A stretch of 64,000 nucleotides of DNA. It comes from Gammaproteobacteria bacterium. Its GTDB lineage: Bacteria > Pseudomonadota > Gammaproteobacteria > Ga0077536. The stretch's first letter is position 1. The number at the start of each line of letters is the position of its first letter. The stretch spans positions 1,920,001 through 1,984,000 of the forward strand of contig CAXXLL010000003.1 of the NCBI GenBank assembly GCA_963662545.2, given 5' to 3'. A program made the translations under genes and the position numbers. Positions 51,320 to 63,900 of this stretch are shown here, piece after piece. The notes under the pieces are model-generated. The model was not told the DNA's origin, ran no database searches, and saw only the letters and a program-made list of their open reading frames with translations.

Positions 51320-52966
51320 TTAATCCAGCCTGAAGCCCTCATATCCCTTTGCAGCAACTTCGTCACACTTCTGCCGGTAGGCCGGCGAACCGCCCGCGTA
51401 CATCAGAAAGGCGCGCTTCTTCCCCGGTACGTTGGCGCCCATGAACCAGGAGTCGGTTTCCGGAATGAGCGTGGCGGCGACCACTTCATTAACGTGCTCA
51501 GTCCAGGCATCCTCCGCACCGGTCGAGGCTGCGATACGCTCTAGCTTGTTTTCTTTCATATACCGGATGCAGTCGGTAACCCATTCGACGTTCTGCTCGA
51601 TGCACCGTGGCACGTTGCAGAAGGTAGCTCCATTGTGCGGGCCGACGACCGTAAATAGGTTCGGGAACCCGGCGCTCTGCATCCCGAGGTAGGTGCGCGG
51701 ACCATCGGCCCATTTGTCCTTGAGGGCTTGACCGCCCTGGCCACGAATGTCGATGCGAGTCAGGGCCCCAGTGATGGCATCGAAACCCGTCGCGTAGACG
51801 ATGACGTCAAATTCGTAATCTGCATCCCGCGTCTTGATGCCCTTCGCAGTGATCCGCTCGATCGGCGATTCCCGAACGTCGACCAGCAAGACATTGTCCC
51901 GGTTGTACGCCTCGTAGTAGCCACTCTCCAGTGGCACACGCTTGGTGCCGAACGCATGATCGGTGGGCACCAACTTTTCCGCGACGGCGGGATCCTTGAT
52001 GCGCTCGCGGATTTTGGCGCGGGCGAACTCCGAAACCAATTCATTGGCTTGCTTGCTCGTCAGGATGTCGTGGAAGTTGCCTAGCCAGTATCCGAAACCG
52101 GGTTGCGACCAAAGCTCTTCGAGTATCGCGTGGCGTTCGTCGGCGGGCACTTCGAGGGCGGAGCGCTCGTCGAAACCATGGAGGAAGGCGCCGAAGGTCT
52201 CGCGACACTTTTTGAAGATTTCGGGATAGCTCGCCTTGATCCTGGCTTGAGTCTCGGGGTCGATCGGGCTATTACGCAAGGGCACACAGTAATTCGGCGT
52301 ACGCTGGAATACGGTGAGATGTCCCACGTTTTTGGCGACTTCGGTAATCAACTGGACGGCGGTGGCGCCCGTTCCGATCACACCTACGCGCTTGTTAATG
52401 AAATCAACGGGATCATGCGGCCAAAGCGAGGTGTGCCACGACTCACCCTCGAAACTGTCAATACCTTTGAAATCGGGTATGTAGGGCGCAGAAAGGACTC
52501 CGACCGCCGTGATCAGGAATCGTGCCCGCGCACGGCCGCCTTGTTTGGTCTCGATCTCCCAGCCATTCCGAGCTTCGTCATAGTGGGCCGCGATGACGCG
52601 GGTATTGAACTGGATATCCCGGCGCAGATCGAACTTGTCGGCCACGTATTCGAGGTAGCGCAGGGTCTCGGGCTGCGCTGCAAAGTGCTCACTCCATTCC
52701 CATTCCTTCAGTAGTTCTTCCGAGAAAGAATACCCGTAGCTGTAACTCTCCGAATCGAAGCGTGCACCCGGATAGCGGTTCCAATACCAGGTGCCGCCCA
52801 CCCCGTCGGCCGTCTCGTAGACGCGCACGGACAATCCGAGCTCGCGTAGACGGTAAAGCTGATAAAGACCAGAAATACCCGCGCCCAGAATGATGGCGTC
52901 AAATTGATCGACACTCGCTGGAACGGCTATCGGCAAATCCTGCTGTGAAGCGGACACAATTTTCAT
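51320..52966 (-). CDS. Baeyer-Villiger monooxygenase
   Basis: GGTWYWNRYPG, FEGESWHTSLWP, GTGATAVQ. Confidence 0.95.
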   Translation of the reverse strand: MKIVSASQQDLPIAVPASVDQFDAIILGAGISGLYQLYRLRELGLSVRVYETADGVGGTWYWNRYPGARFDSESYSYGYSFSEELLKEWEWSEHFAAQPETLRYLEYVADKFDLRRDIQFNTRVIAAHYDEARNGWEIETKQGGRARARFLITAVGVLSAPYIPDFKGIDSFEGESWHTSLWPHDPVDFINKRVGVIGTGATAVQLITEVAKNVGHLTVFQRTPNYCVPLRNSPIDPETQARIKASYPEIFKKCRETFGAFLHGFDERSALEVPADERHAILEELWSQPGFGYWLGNFHDILTSKQANELVSEFARAKIRERIKDPAVAEKLVPTDHAFGTKRVPLESGYYEAYNRDNVLLVDVRESPIERITAKGIKTRDADYEFDVIVYATGFDAITGALTRIDIRGQGGQALKDKWADGPRTYLGMQSAGFPNLFTVVGPHNGATFCNVPRCIEQNVEWVTDCIRYMKENKLERIAASTGAEDAWTEHVNEVVAATLIPETDSWFMGANVPGKKRAFLMYAGGSPAYRQKCDEVAAKGYEGFRLD

Positions 52967-53254
52967 CTCCTAAACCAACGGAGAAGTATACCGATTTCCT
53001 GCTATGCAACTTCCGAACCGATTTTTTTGCCTTCGGAAAGGCGGGCAATCTGCCCGATGGTATTGGGCTCGGGTTGATCGGGCGGGGCCTCGGCAGGCGT
53101 TTTTGAACCGCCCGCCTTAAGACAAGGTTTTGTTTAGAGGGATGCAGCGAATGGCTAGATCACGGCGTGCGTCGTTACCGGGTGTTCGTTGCGCGGGGAA
53201 AAGGCTACCGGGGCTAATCGGTATACTGTCGCCGGAGATTGCCAGGACGAGACG

Positions 53255-54307
53255 ATGACGAGTGAAGAACTGATCTCGGATCCAATCGGGCGATATCCGC
53301 CGGCAACGGTCGCCTGTTTCGACCCGACGACCGGCGATTTGCCTCGGCGGCGCTTGGACACCGAAAAAAATGTCCGGTTTCTCGAACGGCTCGCCGCTGC
53401 CGGGGCGCCGGCGGTGTTGATCGCCGCTTCAACAGGCCATGGACATCTGCGCACGGTTGACGAACTGGCAGACTGGTTTCGCTGCGCGGCTGAGGCCACG
53501 CTCGGTGAAACGGTGAAAATGGCCTTGCTCCGTCCGGAAGACGGGTTGGCGGCAAACACGCGACTGCTTTCCGTCCTGGACGATCTCGGCTATCCCGTTG
53601 TTTTCGTGCGGCCCGGCACCGATCTGGACCGTGCTGCGACCGATGAGCAAGTCGCTCAGAACATGCAGCCGGTCGTGCACGCCGCCGCGGCGCTTGGTCT
53701 GGCGGTGGGTGTCTATTCAATCCCGGATGTCAGTGGTTTACGTTTGTCGGCGGACGCGACGGCGATGCTTCTCAGCGGTCCCGGCGGTGATCACATCGTC
53801 GCCGCCAAGCTGACTGAAGCGAACTACGAATCGAGCACCTTGCACTTTCTCGATCATCCTTTGTTAAAGCATTTGAAGATCGTGCAGGGCTGGGATCCGT
53901 ACCTGGCACGAGCACTGCAGGACGGGCCTCGTTACGACTCGCGGCAACGCCAGCGCTGCGGTCTGACGTCAGGCCCGATGTCACTGGCCGTGTTTCAATA
54001 CCAGCACATCCTGGCCGCGGCTGACGCGGCGGATTGGGACGAGGCCGCAATGGCACAGCAAGCGGTCACGACGCTGTTCGAATCGATGCAGGACGACCCC
54101 ACTCGGTTCGCCGATCTGCAGCGCGCGAAATACATCATGGGCTTGGGACATCCTTTGCAGGCTGCGATTAAAGAAACTCAAATCGAGCGTGTATTCGCCG
54201 CGCTCGAAGCGCTGCCGCGCGCGCAAGATCGACAACGGTTGGCGACAAGCCTGGATTTGATGAGTACCGGGCCTTACCACGTCCGCCTGCAGCAACTTGC
54301 CGCGTGA
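53255..54307 (+). CDS. DHDPS/class I aldolase-like protein
   Basis: IAASTGHG, VYSIP..SG, VAAK. Confidence 0.65.
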   Translation: MTSEELISDPIGRYPPATVACFDPTTGDLPRRRLDTEKNVRFLERLAAAGAPAVLIAASTGHGHLRTVDELADWFRCAAEATLGETVKMALLRPEDGLAANTRLLSVLDDLGYPVVFVRPGTDLDRAATDEQVAQNMQPVVHAAAALGLAVGVYSIPDVSGLRLSADATAMLLSGPGGDHIVAAKLTEANYESSTLHFLDHPLLKHLKIVQGWDPYLARALQDGPRYDSRQRQRCGLTSGPMSLAVFQYQHILAAADAADWDEAAMAQQAVTTLFESMQDDPTRFADLQRAKYIMGLGHPLQAAIKETQIERVFAALEALPRAQDRQRLATSLDLMSTGPYHVRLQQLAA

Positions 54308-54636
54308 TTAGTTGAACGGCAGTACCTAACGACCTGGGAGGATTAAAAACCGCGCGTCATCAGTTGATGCGGAAAACAGGCGATTGACACGAATACCCAA
54401 TACGCCCCAAAAAAAACGCGCCACAGCGGCGGGGCATCCAGTTCATTCGGCAGCATCCCACTGGATCGAGGGTGTGTTAAGCCGGTGCCTTTGGCCACCG
54501 TCCCTGCGTGATTAAAAACCCATCTTATCGCAGTCGTGCGCCTTCAAGCAGGCTACAGTGGTTTGATCAACCTCCGGTAGGAGCCAGCTTGCGGGCGTAT
54601 CGCCAATTTATCCGATCTTACGACCCGGTTTTTGAT

Positions 54637-56355
54637 CTAGTAGCGGACGAAGAGGCTTCCGTGAAAATCAACCGTATCGGAGCGGGTTCGTTCTTCCGCG
54701 ATCAGGACGCCGTTGCCCTCGACGACATAGGCCGCATCGAAGCTGACCCCCAAATTATTCCCCCAGGACCAGCGCAAGCCCAGGCCGATACTCGCCAGTG
54801 ACTCGCTTCTCACACCGGTTTTATCACCGGATCCGACGTTGAGGACGCCTCCGTCGACAAAGCCGAGGAGTTGCACCTTGTATTTTAGAGGCGGCGCGTA
54901 GACTTCTACCGTCGCCTGCATGCCCTTATCGCCGGTGACTTCACGTTCCTCGAAGCCCCGCAAAGAATACGCGCCGCCGAGACCGAATTGTTCGCCCGAG
55001 ATCAGGAGATCCGGCGAGTATTGCGCGCTGAAACGGCCTCTCAAGGTCCATCCGCGCGGCAGCGGATGGTCTACATTGGCGCCGAAGCGCAGCGCAAACC
55101 AGCCTTCGTCTGCGCCGAAACGGTTGGCGGCATAGGCGAGGTCTGTATTTGCACCGCCGGATCCCAGGTTCGTCGTATACCGCGCGTAGAAACCGCGGCG
55201 CTTGAGCCCGGATTCGATGCGGCCTGCGTATTCGATGGTGAGCGGGCGGCTGCGAACGTCGACGCCGATCGGGATCGGGTCGAAAAGAGGATCGCCGACA
55301 AAAAGCGTTTTGTTCTCAAACAACCGATCGTCTATCGCGAGTGAGATCGTGTGGCTGTAGTTCCCCCGCGGCTGAAGTATGTGCTTGTAACTGACACCGG
55401 TGAATTTACCTGCGCCGCTGACATCGAAGGCATCCGCGACCCGTCCGCTGTCGACGTCCGACTGCGTATAGTACGCTGAGAGCTCGCCGCCGAACTGATA
55501 GATCGGTAATCGATAAAACGCTCCGTACTGTTTCACGCCGCCGGTGTTCTCGGGCGAGGTCGTGTAACTCAAGGTCAGCGCGTGGTCGCGGTTGAACAGG
55601 TTACTGTGCTGCAGGCCAAGCGAAACGCGTGATACCCCGGTTCGTTCATCACCGCTGTTGCTGATCGATCCGAAGAAAACCAGCGGGCGTGAATCCCGTA
55701 CCCGGACCTGGGCCGCGAGCCGGCCGCCACCTTCGCCCTCGCGGATGAACACCGCCACGCGACGCGCGGGGTGCAGGTTGGACAATTGCAGCGACCGCGC
55801 GATCGCGAGGCTGTTCGGCGCAGCGCCCTGATTGAGCGCGGGCAGGCTCCGCAGGATATTGGCTTCGTCGAAATGCTCGTTGCCCTCGATCGTGATCTCC
55901 TCGATACCAAAGGTGATGATCTCGAGCTTGAACACGCCCGCCACCGCGCGCTGCGGGGGCACGATCACGCGGTGGAAATAGCTGCCGCGTGCTTTGATCG
56001 CGTTCTCGAGCGCCTCGGCCGCGTCTTCCACACCGGACAGGCCATCCTGCGGTCCGGTATAGGGCCGCAGGATGTACTCGACTTCGGTGTCCGACAGCGG
56101 ATTGTCGCCGACGACCTCGAAGCGCTCGATCGTGAACAACGGCGCGCCCGCGGCCGTCCCGCACAGCGGCATGGCGCAAAGCACTACGGCGATCAGGTTT
56201 CTCGACAGCTTGTGTATTGCCCTTCCCCCCCCAAGCAGCCGCGCGTGCGGCAACTCTTTCGCAGCGGAGGACGTACGTCGTTTTCCGCTGCGAAAGCACG
56301 GCACGGCGTGCGCGCTGCCGCATGGCAACCGTCGCCGTTCTTGCTCCGTGGGCAA
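54637..56355 (-). CDS. TpsB (ShlB/FhaC/HecB) outer-membrane transporter
   Basis: POTRA domain, GGAYSLRGF; true start likely ~56220-56170. Confidence 0.9.
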   Translation of the reverse strand: MPTEQERRRLPCGSAHAVPCFRSGKRRTSSAAKELPHARLLGGGRAIHKLSRNLIAVVLCAMPLCGTAAGAPLFTIERFEVVGDNPLSDTEVEYILRPYTGPQDGLSGVEDAAEALENAIKARGSYFHRVIVPPQRAVAGVFKLEIITFGIEEITIEGNEHFDEANILRSLPALNQGAAPNSLAIARSLQLSNLHPARRVAVFIREGEGGGRLAAQVRVRDSRPLVFFGSISNSGDERTGVSRVSLGLQHSNLFNRDHALTLSYTTSPENTGGVKQYGAFYRLPIYQFGGELSAYYTQSDVDSGRVADAFDVSGAGKFTGVSYKHILQPRGNYSHTISLAIDDRLFENKTLFVGDPLFDPIPIGVDVRSRPLTIEYAGRIESGLKRRGFYARYTTNLGSGGANTDLAYAANRFGADEGWFALRFGANVDHPLPRGWTLRGRFSAQYSPDLLISGEQFGLGGAYSLRGFEEREVTGDKGMQATVEVYAPPLKYKVQLLGFVDGGVLNVGSGDKTGVRSESLASIGLGLRWSWGNNLGVSFDAAYVVEGNGVLIAEERTRSDTVDFHGSLFVRY

Positions 56356-56474
56356 AAGCTCGCGATTGGTTGTGTTTATGACGCGAGCGGTTTCTTTCCG
56401 TCGTTAGGTGTCTTTAAAGCGTTCCCGAGTCACGCGGCGCGCTTTGGGTTCGTCAGCGCATCTGGGGAGCTGTG

Positions 56475-57884
56475 TCAATTGATCTTGCATTCTAGCGTAT
56501 CGCGCTTGTTGAACCCGTCGAGGTCGCCGCCGAAGAGGTCGAACGCGCGCTCGATCTCTTCGTCGAAGCGCGACGGCATCGGATAGGGATCGTCGAGCAG
56601 GAACAGCGGCTGACCGGAAAGGCGTTTGATGTCGCCCGTCCCCGGATTGACGTGCGCCGCCTCGCCACGCGTGATCACGAGCTCGCCCGCTGGCGTTTCA
56701 ACGATGATCTCGCCGTCATTCGCCGAGACGTAAACGCCCGGTTCGCCCGCATCGGGCGACTTGATGCCGAACAACTCATCGAGATCGACATCGAACTGAT
56801 CGGGACGGGGTGCCTCGTTCTCGGCGATGAACTGCGGGGTCTCGTCGAGCTTGACGGGCGCGCCGTCGGCGTCGGCGATGTATCCGGTTTCGCCTTCATC
56901 GAGACCCACGCCATTCGCCTCGACCCTGCCTTGCCACACGCTGACATAGCTGCAATCGTCCGGGTCGGCATCTTGGGTGTGTGCCGCGGTGGCTCCGGCC
57001 TCGCATTCCTCGTCGGCCACGACGTCAAATCCGGTGCCGCGGATCCCGATGGTCGCGGTGCTGGTCGATAACCGGAAGCCCCGTGGATTCCTGCGTGCGG
57101 TAAGTCCCGTCAGCACGCGCAGGCCGCCGCGGACCAGCCGGAAGAAGGTACTCGGCTGTTCTTCGTCGGGTTCGTAGAAGTAACGGTCGACGATGAAGCG
57201 GCTGCGCGATTGCACCACCATGCGCGTGTCGTCGCGGAACACGATGACGACGACGCTGTTGTCGCCGGTGACGACAGCGTCGCCCATGTAGATACGGCTG
57301 CCTTTGCCGATCGCGCGCGACGCCCCGCTGGGCTTCTCGGCGCTGACACTGCCGCGCTGGATGATCACCCGGCCGGCGAGCGGTGCGGCCGTGCCGGCGC
57401 GTCCGGATTTCTTGCCCGACGATTCGGCGACGCAGTCGCCCTCGCAGATCCGCACGTCGAACTCGGTACCGCGGATGCCGATGGTGGCGACGCTGGCCCT
57501 GAGGCGGTAGCTCGCCGAGCGGCGCCTGGCGAAGAGGCCTGACAGCGACCTTAGTCCGCCGCGAAGCAGTTCCAGCGCGATGCTCGTGCCCGAGTCGCGT
57601 TCGTCGTAGCGCTCGATGTGGAGCTCGGAATTCGGACGCAAGGTCATCTTGCCGTCATCGACCATGTGCAAGATGACGAAGCCGCGCTTGCCCGTCGTCA
57701 CCGTATCGCCCTCGAGAATCTCCATGCCCTTGCCCAGGAAACGCAACTCACCGTCCGCCTGGCGCGCGGTCGCCGCGCCGTTAGCATAAAGCACCTTGCC
57801 GGCCGGGGCCGCGATCACGCCGGGCGTCGCGTTAAGCAGCACGCCGAGTAGCGCGAGCACCGCTAGTTCAAGCGGTCTTAGCAT
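56475..57884 (-). CDS. Tandem FecR-domain protein
   Basis: Two ATIGIRGT repeats; signal peptide. Confidence 0.85.
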   Translation of the reverse strand: MLRPLELAVLALLGVLLNATPGVIAAPAGKVLYANGAATARQADGELRFLGKGMEILEGDTVTTGKRGFVILHMVDDGKMTLRPNSELHIERYDERDSGTSIALELLRGGLRSLSGLFARRRSASYRLRASVATIGIRGTEFDVRICEGDCVAESSGKKSGRAGTAAPLAGRVIIQRGSVSAEKPSGASRAIGKGSRIYMGDAVVTGDNSVVVIVFRDDTRMVVQSRSRFIVDRYFYEPDEEQPSTFFRLVRGGLRVLTGLTARRNPRGFRLSTSTATIGIRGTGFDVVADEECEAGATAAHTQDADPDDCSYVSVWQGRVEANGVGLDEGETGYIADADGAPVKLDETPQFIAENEAPRPDQFDVDLDELFGIKSPDAGEPGVYVSANDGEIIVETPAGELVITRGEAAHVNPGTGDIKRLSGQPLFLLDDPYPMPSRFDEEIERAFDLFGGDLDGFNKRDTLECKIN

Positions 57885-57962
57885 CGCGTATTGCAGGATT
57901 TTTCATCATGAACCAGTGTCAGGTAATCCATGTAACTGCCTAAATATATGTATTTTTACGCC

Positions 57963-60900
57963 TCAGTTACAGGAGATCCGTGCGGCGGCCTGAGCCTCGG
58001 AGTCGTCGATGGGCTCCGGGCCGTCCCCGTCGGGGATCGTGATGACGAAGCTCGTGGTCGAATTTGCGAGCACGAGGATGGGGTCGATCGTGGTCTGCGC
58101 TATGGTGATGCTTTCGGTTGACCCGGCCGCGGGCGGAGGCAGTGCGGGTGCGCCTGCGGGCGGCGGAGGAGCAGCAGGAGCAGGAGGGGGCGACGGAGGG
58201 GGCGGCGCGGCAGTCGTGGCGGTCATGCCCAGCACCAGCGAGGCCGGGTTGAACTGTGGCGTGACGAAGGCCGCCGGGTCGTTCGGGAACACGTTGTTGA
58301 TGCTTGCGAAATTGCCGCTGCTCGACGCGAAATTCATGACCTGAAAACTGTCGTTGTTGACAGGCACATAGGTCCCGAACTCGAGCGCATTCAGCGCGCC
58401 CGCGAAGGTGACGATGCCGGTGACGTTGATGACATCGAACTGGCCGGGAGCGGTGCCGCCGAGATCAATATCGAGCAGGCTCGTCGACAGCAGGGTGAAG
58501 TTCCCGTTGATGTTCAGGGTTCCCGGTGAGGTGCCGGCGCGGACGATGCCGCGATTGTTGACGTCCCCGTTGATCTGGCCTGTGCCCGCGAGTACGCCCG
58601 TCACGGCGTTCAGGTTCTTCGGCGCGCAGCTCAAGGTGCCGTTGACGACCGTCGTCGGATTGGTGCCCGTGTGCGTGTAGGCGGCGGCGCTGCTCAGCGT
58701 CGATCCCGCATCGACGTTGACGAAGCCGGCCGTGTTGAAACTCACGGTGTCGTGGATCGCGCCGTTCTGCAGCCGGAAGTTCGCGTTCGCCGCGACGTCG
58801 GTGGCGGCTGTGCTGGTCAGTGTGATCGCGTCCACGTTCAGGGTGTTGCCGGTCGCGATCACGACGCCATTGGCGTCGGTCGTCACGGTGAGCGCTTTGG
58901 TCCCAGCTCCGCCGACATTCAATGCCCCTGTCACGTCGAGGCTGCCCGGCCCCGAGAGCGTGCCGCCGTTGAATCCGAACGGTCCACCGATCGACATCAG
59001 CGCATTGATGGCGGCACTACCGCTAGTGAGATTGAACGGCCCCACGATCGTCGTCACGGCATCGATCGCGGCGGTACCGCCGTTCATATCGAATTGGCCG
59101 AGCGTGAACGGTGTGCCGACGTTGAGGGTACCGGCGGTTTGGGTCAGCGTCCCATTGAGAGTGCGGGCGCCGCCCCCGGTCGCGAGAACGTTGATCGTGC
59201 CCGTGTTCGTGATGTCGCCGATCAGCATACTCGCCTGCGGCGCCGCGCCGGTGTTTAGCAGGTCCAGGATGCCGCTGTTGTTGAGGGTGTTGAACGTCCA
59301 CGTCGTGTCGGTGCCGTTGATGCCGCGCACCGTCAGCTGACTCATATTGTTGAGCGACACGCCACTCATGTCGGTGAAGCCCTCGATAATGAGCGTGCCA
59401 TCGTTGTTCAGGAGACCCGGGCCGCCGATGGTTTCGTTCGTGAACGTGATGGTGGTGGGGAGATCGATAGTGCTGCCGGCACCGGTTCCGATGAAGTTCA
59501 GGGTGCCGCCGGAAAACGCATAATTCCCCGTGCCGGTGAGGAGCGCGCCGTCGTCGAAATTATGCATGCCACTCACGAAATCGAGCGTCGCGCCCGGCTC
59601 GACGATGAAGGCGCCGGTGTGCGTGCCGCCGAGGGTCAGGGTGTAGCTGTTGCCCGCGGCCACGCGGAGCTGCCCGTTCACGTTGAAGGACGTCCCGGTC
59701 GGCGTAAAGTTGCCGCCCTGCAGGTCGATGGTCGCGTTTGGATCGATCGTGGAGATACCTGCCGTCGTAAGATTCGCGCCGACCTGAACCTCGAGCGTGC
59801 CGGTGCCGCCCACGGTGAGATTGGCCGGGTTCAGGTCGATGTTGTTGAGCTGCTTGGTGCCGGAGCCGCCGTTGATGAGATTGCTGTTCGAGAACGAGAA
59901 CTGGCCGCCACCTTCGATGGTCCCGCCGTCCCAGAAGTAGGTGCCCTGGTCGAAGCTGATCTGGTTCGGGCTGGTAACGTTCACGACGCCGCCGTCCTGC
60001 GTGAAGCTCGTCTGGTTGATGAATACGAGGTTCGCGCCGGTCGCGTTGATGGTGCCGGAATTCACGTGGTCGGCGCCGCTCTTGTTGACCAGCAGCGGCG
60101 CGTTGGTCATGACGTTGATCACACCGGTCGCGCGGTTGTCGATCTCGGCCGTGAGTACGCGGTCGCCCGCCGCGGCACCAGCTTCACTGTTGATGGTGCC
60201 AATATTCACCAGCGTGCCGTTCGTGACCACGATGGTTGCGTTGCGATTGTTCGCGGGATCCGTGTTGGTCAGCGTAATCTGGCCGTTGTTCAGCAGGTCC
60301 TGACCGACGGTCAACGTCGTGTGGAAGGTCCCGCCGTCGTCGCGCCCCTCGACGTTCAGGAGGTTGCCGTTGACGAGCGTGCCGTCGATGCGGGCGTTGC
60401 CGCTGGCGGTAAAGGTACCGTTCGATGTCAGGATGCCGTTGCCCAGAATGGTCCGATCGTTCAGCAGGAAATCGATGCCCGCATCGAAGGTTGTGCCGGT
60501 GGTCGTTCCCGTCAGCGAGAGGTTGGATCCCGGGTAGGAGAGGCTGCCGGCGCCTTGGAACAGCGCGCCGTCGCCGAGATTCTTGCTGCCGCCGGTGTTG
60601 AACAGGAACGAAGTTGCGGGGCTGAGGTCAACCGTTCCCGTGATGGTACCGCCCTGAAAATCAATCGTTCCGTCCGTGACGCCGAACATTCCGCTGCTGT
60701 TGAATCCGACCTCGTTGCGGTGCTCCCACTCGAGCGCGCCGGACTTGGTGAGCGTGCCCTCGTTGACCCAGGAGGTCGAACCCGAGCCGTAGGAGAAGGC
60801 CGTGCTGGTGGTCGCCGAGACCTCGAACAGCGCACCGGCCGCATTGGTGAACACCGCGCCGTTATCCATGCGGAAGTTGCCGTCGCTCCACAGGCTGGTG

Positions 60901-63900
60901 CCGGTGGTCGAGCGGTGCGTCAGGGTGTGACCGTCGAGTTCCTTCTCAGCACCCGTGCTCATCAGCAGCTCACCCGCCACCGGGATGACCGTCTCGCCGG
61001 TGCCGAACAACTGTCCGCCGCGCCAGTCGTAAGTGTCGTTGATGGTCAGTAGCGCGTTGTTGCGCAGCACCCCCCGGTGTGCACCACGTCGTCCAGCGTC
61101 ACGTCGATGTCGAGCACCAAGGTACCGCCCGTCACATCCAGCCGCGGCAAGCCGTAACTCGTCGTGCCGTCCAAGGTCAGCGTGCCGCTCACGTTGCGAA
61201 ACCGACCCTCACCCGTGACCACCGTGTCGGTCAGGCGGTTGTTGCCCGATTGCAAGAAGTCGATGCGGGTGCCGGCGGCAACGTCCCAGGTGCCGCCTAC
61301 CTGCTGCACGTTCCGCAAGTCGATGAAGCCGCCCGTGACCGTGAGGTCGCCGGTGCCCGTCCACTGCACCTCGTTGCGGTGCTCCCACTCGAGCGCGCCG
61401 GACTTGGTGAGCGTGCCCTCGTTGACCCAGGAGGTCGAACCCGAGCCGTAGGAGAAGGCCGTGCTGGTGGTCGCCGAGACCTCGAACAGCGCACCGGCCG
61501 CATTGGTGAACACCGCGCCGTTATCCATGCGGAAGTTGCCGTCGCTCCACAGGCTGGTGCCGGTGGTCGAGCGGTGCGTCAGGGTGTGACCGTCGAGTTC
61601 CTTCTCAGCACCCGTGCTCATCAGCAGCTCACCCGCCACCGGGATGACCGTCTCGCCGGTGCCGAACAACTGTCCGCCGCGCCAGTCGTAAGTGTCGTTG
61701 ATGGTCAGTAGCGCGTTGTTGCGCAGCACCCCCCCGGTGTGTGTCAGCACGCTGCTCTGGGCGTCGCTGTTGAACACCACCGTGCCACCCGAGACGAAGG
61801 TTTCGCCCACGTCGTAGTTGAGCGCCCCCTGCAAGGTCGACGTCCCGCCCGCGAAACGCACCCGGCCATCACCACTGAACACCGCGTCGGTCAGGTCGTG
61901 CGTGCCGCCGCTGAAACGCATCTCGCCGCCCGCCAGCACCGTGAACATCGCACCCACCTGCGAGCCGCCCGCACTGTCGAACAAGCCGGCCTCCACCGTC
62001 ACCGCGCCGCTCGCATTGTCGAACGGAATGGCGCCGCAACAGCCAATGTCGAGTTCCCCCGCGCCGCGCTTCACCCACAGACCCCGGTTCACCACCGTCG
62101 CGCCGCCGCTGTCCTGGTCGAGTAGAAGCGACCCCGAGGGCACGTCCCAGGTCATCGTCGCGCCCGCCTCGTTCACGAACGCGCCGCCGTTGCCTATGTC
62201 CACCTGACCGGTCGCCGTCGACAGGCTCGTGCCCGTGGTCGAAAAATGCCGCAGCGTGCGGTCCAGGTCTTTCTGGCTGGCGCCCGTCAGCAGCAGCTCA
62301 CCGCCCACCCCGATCACCGTCTCGCCCGTGCCCGCCTGCAACCCGGTCTGCCACTCGAAGCTGCCGTCGACCGTGAACAGGCTGTCGCCGTTCAGTGTGC
62401 CGCCCGTCTGCAGCCAGCGCGAACCCGACGGCACCACCACGTTCTCGTCCACCGTCACCGTGCCGCTGGAATGCCTGATCAGCCCCGCGCCCGTCACCGC
62501 AAAGTTCGCCCCCAGCACGTGCGTGCCGCCGCCGAAACGCAGCTCGCCGCCCGTGCGCACGTCCAAAAGACCTTCTTGCGTGCCGCCGCGGGCGAGGTCG
62601 AACAGGCCCGCCTCCACCCGCACCGTGCCTTCGTTGGTGAACGAAATCGTGCCGCAACAGCCGATGTCGAGTTGGCCCGTGCCGCGCTTCACCCACAGAC
62701 CCCGGTTCACCACCCTCGCGCCGCCGCTGTCCTGGTCGATCAGAAGCGACCCCGACGGCACGTCCCAGGTCATCGTCGCGCCCGTCTCGTTCACGAATGC
62801 GCCGCCGTTGCCTATGTCCAACTGACCAGTCCCCACCGCCAGGCTAGAACCCGTCTGCGAGAAATGTCGCAGCGTGCGATCCAGGTCTTTCTGGCTGCTC
62901 CCCGTCAGCAGCAGATCGGCGCCCGTGCCGACCTGCGTCGCGCCCGTCCCCGCCTGCCGCCCCGCCGTCCACGTCAAGGTGTCCGTCACCGTCACCAGAC
63001 CATCACCCGTCAACAGTCCGCCGCTCTGCGTGAGCGTTTCGATGAACGAAGTGCCGTTGAGGGTCAGCGTGCCGGCCGTGAGCCGCAGGATCCCTTTGCT
63101 GTCCAGGCCGAGTACGCTGTCGACGTTGCTGCTGACGGTGACCGTGATCGTGCCCGGCTGGTTGATGTGGACGATGTCGGCCGCGCCCGGGATGCCGAGC
63201 AGGCCGCCGTCCGACCAGTTCGCGGAATCGTTCCAGTTACCACTCCCTGCGGTGATCCAGCTCCGGATGCTGCCGACGCCGGATACGCTCACGCTCATCG
63301 ATTGGGGATCGGAGACCAGCGGGTCGTACACCACGCCGAGCGGCGCGATCGGTTCCGCCGCGAACGAACCCGTGCGGGTGCCGGTCTGCGTAATAAACGC
63401 GTAGGTGTCGTTCAGCGCCGGAATGTAGCCACCGAAGAGCGCCATCTCGACCGTACCGCCGAGCGTGAGGTTGCCTATCACCCGCACGAGGTCGTAGTCC
63501 GTGCCTGCCTCGGCAACGCCGGCCGTGTCGATCTTCAGCACCGATGATCCCGTGAGCGTGAGGCCGCCGTCGAAAGTCAGCGTGCCGGGGGACGAGCCCG
63601 GGTCCAGGCGCCCGGCGTTGATCAGCGTGACGTCGGGGTCTGTCGAATCGAGGGTGCCGTGCCCGGCGAGTTCCGCGCCTTGCGCGTTGGTGAAATCGAC
63701 AGGCGTCGTACTGCTCAGGACAAGCGTCGTTCCGGCCGCGAGGTCGATGCGGCCCTCGTTGCTGTTCTGCCGGCCGGCGGCTAGCGTCAGCGTGAGCGTG
63801 CCGTTCAGGATATTCAACGCGCCCGCGGCCGCGTTGATGAAATTCGCGTCGATCGCGGTGTCGGCGTTGGCCGCGACCGTGCCGCGGTTGGTGAGCACGC

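Noticed and set aside
36130-51320. Scattered GGGGACA/TGTCCC motifs (36131, 40721, 42142, 51303) as REP/RAYT elements
   Set aside because: Too short, and no associated Y1 transposase in the window
60709-61741. DGR template/variable repeat pair
   Set aside because: No adenine-specific differences and no RT; an ordinary intragenic repeat
54920-63547. Long + strand ORFs (e.g. 59562-61052, 62246-63547)
   Set aside because: Antisense shadows of GC-rich minus-strand genes
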